DNA of 64,000 nt from Paramecium tetraurelia. Lineage: Eukaryota. The stretch covers positions 434,001 through 498,000 of the forward strand of contig CT868030.1 of assembly GCA_000165425.1 (NCBI GenBank). Reading direction: 5' to 3'. Positions 58,469-64,000 of this stretch are shown piece by piece. Position numbers and translations under genes: made by a program. The notes under the pieces were generated by a model, which did not search any database, had not been told where the DNA came from, and saw only the letters and a list, made by a program, of their open reading frames with translations. Each line of letters begins with the position of its first letter. The stretch's first letter is position 1.

Positions 58469-58667
58469 TATTAAATGATATAAAATATTATATTATTGGC
58501 AAATTATTTTTGTATGTTGAAAGTTATATAGATTTTAAATCACAATTGTGTTTATCATCAAGACTAGACATGCATTCATCATAGGCTGTACAAGTATATT
58601 GAAAAATAGAATAATGCAATATAAAATTATCATTATTATCTAAAACCTAAGTACACAATGATAGACT

Positions 58668-59162
58668 TCATTAAGAGTGTTATTTGTATTAATTTAAAGT
58701 AGATTCGATAAAGTAGGTAAGTTATCTTACTGCAGATTCAACTTGTTCATTATCAGATTGACAATCATTATCCATAGACTATAATAATGATAAAAGCTGT
58801 ACATGTGAAATAGTTTAGTTATAGGCTGGAGGTATTTTGAGTACCTTGTCATCATAACATAAGAACTCTCTTACATTGCCTTTTGAGTCGTACAATTGTA
58901 GGTTTGGATATTTTTTTAGATTTGTGAATTTGAAATATTTTGTTATCGTTCTTTAAGGCAATGGCTTCTTTTTCTCCAGAGTAATGGCTGTTGTGCACTT
59001 TTTGATGGTTTTTGTTGCTGCAATTTTGTTATTGACTTGGATATTTTCTTTATTTCCAATATTGGCTGTTAATGTTTCCTGTAGAAAATTATATTATAAT
59101 AATTATACCCATCTTTATTTTGTATTATTGAATTTTCTATTTGTATCATATAATTTAGACAT
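58668..59162 (-). CDS. Small hypothetical protein
   Basis: MSKLYDTNRKF, intron, ..REFLCYDDKVLKIP..DNDCQSDNEQVESA..HSQ*. Confidence 0.55.
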
Positions 59163-59296
59163 ATTAATGTACTTATAAACAATAATAATAAAAATAATGT
59201 GGCATTCAAATTTAAAATTTCGTTAAAAATGCCTAGTTTAAATTCCAAAAAAATGGCGGAATATAAATTTTTGTAAACACATAAATTAATTTGAAA

Positions 59297-60290
59297 TCAA
59301 ATTTATTATTGGATTGAAATGGTATTTTTCATGCAGGTGGTAAATTAATGTTTTGAATATCCTTTTCAGATATTTCTCCAGCCTGTAATTATTTCTATTA
59401 TAACAATAGCTAATTTTACAATTATTTTCTGACGTTCACTCTTATTACCCCCATTATGTTTGAATTTGATGTGTAGATTCAATGAAACATCTGACCCATA
59501 GAGTTTCTCGCAATTTTTATAAGGGCACTACAAAATTAATAAATTCAATACACACTTTAAAATTCTTATCAATTTCAGCTGCAGTTCTCCTTTTCTTCTT
59601 TTTCTTATTGGTTGCTTCGATTTCTTAAAATTTTTACTCAATCAATTAGACTCTCTGTTTTAACTCGTGTATTTAAGATTAGAATTCTTATAATTAGGCA
59701 CAATTTTTTTAATATAAAATCATCATTTCCTAAATGGATTATTGACTTTCAAATTGCATGTTATCTAATTTAACTTAATCAAATACCCTCAAATTAATTT
59801 GGAAGTTGTTCCTCAACAGAAACATTCTTTCTGTCAGTATTATTTACTTAAACATTTTGAATATTCTAAAGATTATTATTTTCACTAATCATATTCGACC
59901 TATAAGTAATCACTTCATACAACTTACTTTTGATTTATAATAATAACCTTTTTAGTTACTTTCGGAATTTATTATAGCTATCTCATAATTAAATTTTATT
60001 TAATGCTCTTCAAAATTTATTTCAATATATTTTATTAATTCCTAATTATATAATTATACATTTATGAATATTAAATAGTAATTCTAATTCTAAAATATAC
60101 TGTTTTAAATTATCACCTTATAACACCTCAATTTCTCGTTAATCAATATTAAAAATCAAAAGAATTCAGAGAACTATACAAATATTAATCTGATATTGTA
60201 AATTCCTCAATTTTTACTAAATGTAAATCATTTTAAGCATTCTTAGAATTCGTGTTTTTGTTTCCTTAAATAACGTAAATAATCGATTTT
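59297..60290 (-). CDS. Hypothetical coiled-coil protein; 5' end uncertain
   Basis: Minus-strand Q/K/E-rich frame with short introns ending at TGA 59297. Confidence 0.4.
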
Positions 60291-60336
60291 ATAATTATTA
60301 ATCAAGGGCAAAAAAATATTATTTTTTTAAGTAAAA

Positions 60337-61985
60337 ATGTCTGCGTTCAGAGCTTTTATGATTTATGATTACCAAAGAAGCTTTTTCTTCCTATTCATTA
60401 GAAGAGGTTTCTAAGTTTCTCCAAAGTGGAATGAATGTAGAAAAGGATTAGAAACAAAACTTCAAGAGATGGTCAAAGAACCTAAAGACGCTTTTGAGTA
60501 ATCTTCGCCATATGGAGTATTTAAATGTAAATATGACAAAAAGAACAGTAATTTATTTAGAATAAACAAGAATGTTACTTCATTTTATTGAGTAGCAATG
60601 AAGTTTAAGAAGTTTTTCAAAATTCAGTTTTGGATGAAATTTATAAAATCATAGAAAAAGCACCCAATTATTCAAAAGTATAATATTATTGCAATAGTAG
60701 ATTAAAAAAGAGGAATTAGAATAAAAGGAGAGTGAAACAATCTAGAATCTGCTGGAAACTAAAGAAAATGAATATATTAAAAAATATGGAAAAGTGAAAC
60801 CCTTTGAAGAGTCCAATGAATCTAAAGCCAATGGCTAGAATCAATAGAAAGTATTTATAACTTAATCAAGTTTAGAGTATGATATAATCATAACCAAAAG
60901 TGGTATCTTAAATTAATGGAAAATAAAATCAAAGACCACCCTCTTAACTTCAAAATGCATCTGCTATTTACAATTAAAGTTAAGGAATTAACTCCGATAA
61001 AGATCTAAGTTCTGACACACTCATTAAAATATTTCGATGCTTTCTTATGTGGGATTACAATAGACAATTCTTTTTTATGTTCATTAGAAAAGGATTTCCA
61101 ATTGATAAAATCTGGAGTCAAGAGCGAGTCAAATTAGAAAATTAACTGAGAGCTAAATAGTTAGATCCAAATGATCCGAAAGCAAAACCAAAGGAACCTC
61201 CTGAGTTATTCGATTATAGAGGCAATTTTGGATAATATAAAGCAAAATATGATAAAAAAGCTAGTATAATATATATTTATATTCTAGAATGCTATTTTAT
61301 CTTACTCTCAAGATTTAAAATTAAAGAAGATCCGTAAATTAAACTCCTAGATGCTTTATATAATGAGATATAAAAGGTGGATAAATATATTACAGTAATA
61401 AGTTTAAGTTAAATATAGATGAAATATGACGATTTAGAAAGTAAGAAAAAAGGAGTTTTAGAAAAAATCATAGACGAACATGAGAAGGAAGCATAAAATC
61501 AAGTGAATCAAAGATTTATTGACACTAAAGTAATAGAATCAAAATTAGGTATCCTTCAATCACCAGAAAGAAATCCTTAAAGAGATTCTGAAGAAAGTGT
61601 GTCACCATAAAATGGTAGAGTATCGATTAATGATACGTCATAAAAATAAATATAAATGTTAAATTAAAATCAAACCGAATAAACTTAACAATAGGAAAGT
61701 AGAATAAATAATTCAAAACTATAATAATAAAAATCCATATTTAATTAGTAACAATAACCATAAGAATTTGAATAATAGAAGGAAAAGCTTTAGACGTTGG
61801 ATCTATAAGAAGCTTAAGGTGATCCTGATCCTTCTGCTAAACAAGATAATCTTGATCTTAATTCTAACCAAGATGATCCTGAAGCTATTCCTATAAACAC
61901 AGAAGATGGCCTATTAGCATAAAGAATTAGTTTGTATTATACCAAACCATTAAATGTTTCTTAATACATTAAATCTGGAAATTGA
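60337..61985 (+). CDS. Uncharacterised protein with two tandem homologous (longin-like?) domains and a Q/D/N-rich tail
   Basis: Repeat 1 FRAFMIYDYQRSFFFLFIRRGF..GVFKCKYDKK..YFILLS. Repeat 2 FRCFLMWDYNRQFFFMFIRKGF..GQYKAKYDKK..YFILLS. Confidence 0.7.
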
Positions 61986-62580
61986 ATATTTATAAATAAT
62001 TCGATTTTAATGTAATCTGCCATATAAATTATATTTTGTAAATTATTCTATTGAGGCCTTTAATTTCAATTATTGTACTTAATCGAGGCATTCTATTCCT
62101 ATTGGCCCTAATTTTTTCATCATTTTTTTTAATCATATTCGATAATAATGATTAATAATATTTAGTTTCATCCTTTGATTTAATTTGACATTATGACTTC
62201 ATATTCTTCTAATAAAATGAAATAGCTAATTCTATCTAAGCTCAAATTTAAAATATAATATTAAATTCAGTTCTATAATTTCCTTCATATATATTTTAAT
62301 AATAATAGTGAAAATTTTTATAACTACCTTCGGATAATATTGAAATATATTTTTAATATCAATATAATTTTAATGTAGTATTATTTCCGAATTAAAAAAA
62401 TAAAACCTTGATCAAACAAAATTTTGAGACTAAATTAGGTCTAGCAGTAATAATTTATTAAAAAAACTATCATTTATATTAAATTAATTATTGTAGAAGG
62501 GGCACATTTATTTTTAATTAATATATGGTGGATTAAAAATCATGAAACGTATAAATAAACTAATTTTCATAACAGGCTAT

Positions 62581-63111
62581 TCATAGATTATAAGAAGGTT
62601 AAGAATTTATTCTATTTCTTATTTTTGAATGAGTTCTTTATTGTTATTTGTGTGATTTTGGTAATTTAAATCGGACATGCCTTGCTTAATGGTCTTTAAT
62701 TTTTGGGCTAGATAATTATCGTTTGCTGTTCAACGTAGAGAAACCTTTTAAGGATGACTAAATTAATTAATAAGATCTTTGTTATTTCATGATGCCTATT
62801 AACTGTTTTTTATCCTCTTAAACAAACAAATTTTTCTCTGAATTTGAATATGTCGATTTTTATAGGTCTGACTTCTGTTATTAGTGTATTTGATCAAAAG
62901 AATAAATCATAGATTCCTAAATTACTTCATCGCACTCGATATTCTTGGGCAGTCTTTTACTTTTATGTAAGGCTTTTCTTCCTCCTTTATGAACTTTTAA
63001 AGGATATTGTTCTTTCTCTATTTAATAGTCACGCTAATCAAAATCGTCAATTTCTTAATTTTCTGATTTTTCTGATTTTTCAGAGAGTACTTTTTAACAT
63101 GCTGAACCCAT
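62581..63111 (-). CDS. Small protein with MGSAC acylation motif and RHVRF (RVxF-type) motif, 176 aa
   Basis: 531-nt intronless code-6 ORF. Confidence 0.6.
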
Positions 63112-63283
63112 TTTATGATAAAATACAAATTAATTGTCAATATTTCATTATCTGTTCTCTAAAAAAACAAAAATATCTAATAATATGTATTAACCATTAG
63201 AAATTGTTAGACTATTTTACGATTGATGCTTTATAATTAAACTTAAGCATTTAAGTGAATATTTAATTTATTTTAATCCTCGA

Positions 63284-64000
63284 ATGTAGGCAGGATGCAA
63301 AATTACTCTTCACTTAGCTTGCAGAAAGCTAAAAGACAAGGACACTTTTTCTAAATCAGACCCTTAAGTTTGGGTTTTTGGAAAACAGTTTCGAAACAAT
63401 TGCCTTGATAATAATTGGTCATTTTTGGGGAAGACTGAATTAATTAAAAACAACCTTAATCCAACCTTCTAAACAGCCATAATTTTAGATTATATATTTG
63501 AAGTTAAATAACCGCTTAAATTTGAAGTAAGAGATGTTGACGGAGAACAATTTGATGAGCTTGGATTTGTTGAGTCTACAGTTGGAATAATATTCGGATC
63601 AAAAAATTAAACTTGTATACTTGATTTGAGTTTGGGAGGAAAACTGATAACAATGTGCGAAAAAAATTAAGATTTAAATGAATTATATATAATGCAAATA
63701 CAAGGGTCTAGATTAAAAGGATCTTGGTGTTCAGCTCCAAATCCAAGTTTTAAACTATTTAAATGCACAAACAACAACGAATTTTTCGCATATGAATCAG
63801 AACATATACATAAGACATCAAATCCATAATGGAAAACCTTTTAAATGAAACAATTCAAGATTGGCAATAAGTTTAAATTAGAAGTTTATAATTCAATCCA
63901 TAACATTATAGGATCAAGTTACATAGAAATAGATCAATTAAAGAAGCAATAAAAAGAATACACATTAAACAATAATGGTGGTGGTATTACATTTTCTCAA
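63284..64000 (+). CDS. Copine-family C2-domain protein; runs off the right edge
   Basis: LACRKLKDKDTFSKSDPQV, GKTELIKNNLNPTF, LDYIFEVKQPLKFEVRDVD, followed by a second C2-like segment. Confidence 0.88.

Overview
AT-rich, very gene-dense eukaryotic DNA from a ciliate, almost certainly Paramecium macronuclear-type sequence. Conserved genes read through only if TAA/TAG = Gln and TGA is the sole stop (translation table 6), introns are tiny (about 20-30 nt, GT..AG), and intergenic spacers are often under 50 nt. The supplied ORF track used the wrong code, so its ORFs are mostly fragments or antisense shadows. About 40 genes were reconstructed by hand. Recognisable ones: a WD40 protein resembling the TSET/TPLATE coat subunit TTRAY2/TWD40-2, a CH-domain protein, NEK, ERK7-type and CAMK-like kinases, Sec62, MsrA, RING proteins, PP2C, an S28 peptidase, a MORN protein, VAP, a mini and a large cysteine-rich surface antigen, an E2, NAA30, RPL21, V-ATPase B, NLE1, BCCIP, a hybrid histidine kinase, an LC8-type dynein light chain, an SF-assemblin-like protein, an SVOP-like MFS transporter and a copine. 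There is also a heavily degraded GH27 alpha-galactosidase pseudogene. Family assignments come from remembered motifs, not database searches, and hypothetical gene boundaries are approximate. No rRNA, tRNA, CRISPR, telomere or transposon was recognised.
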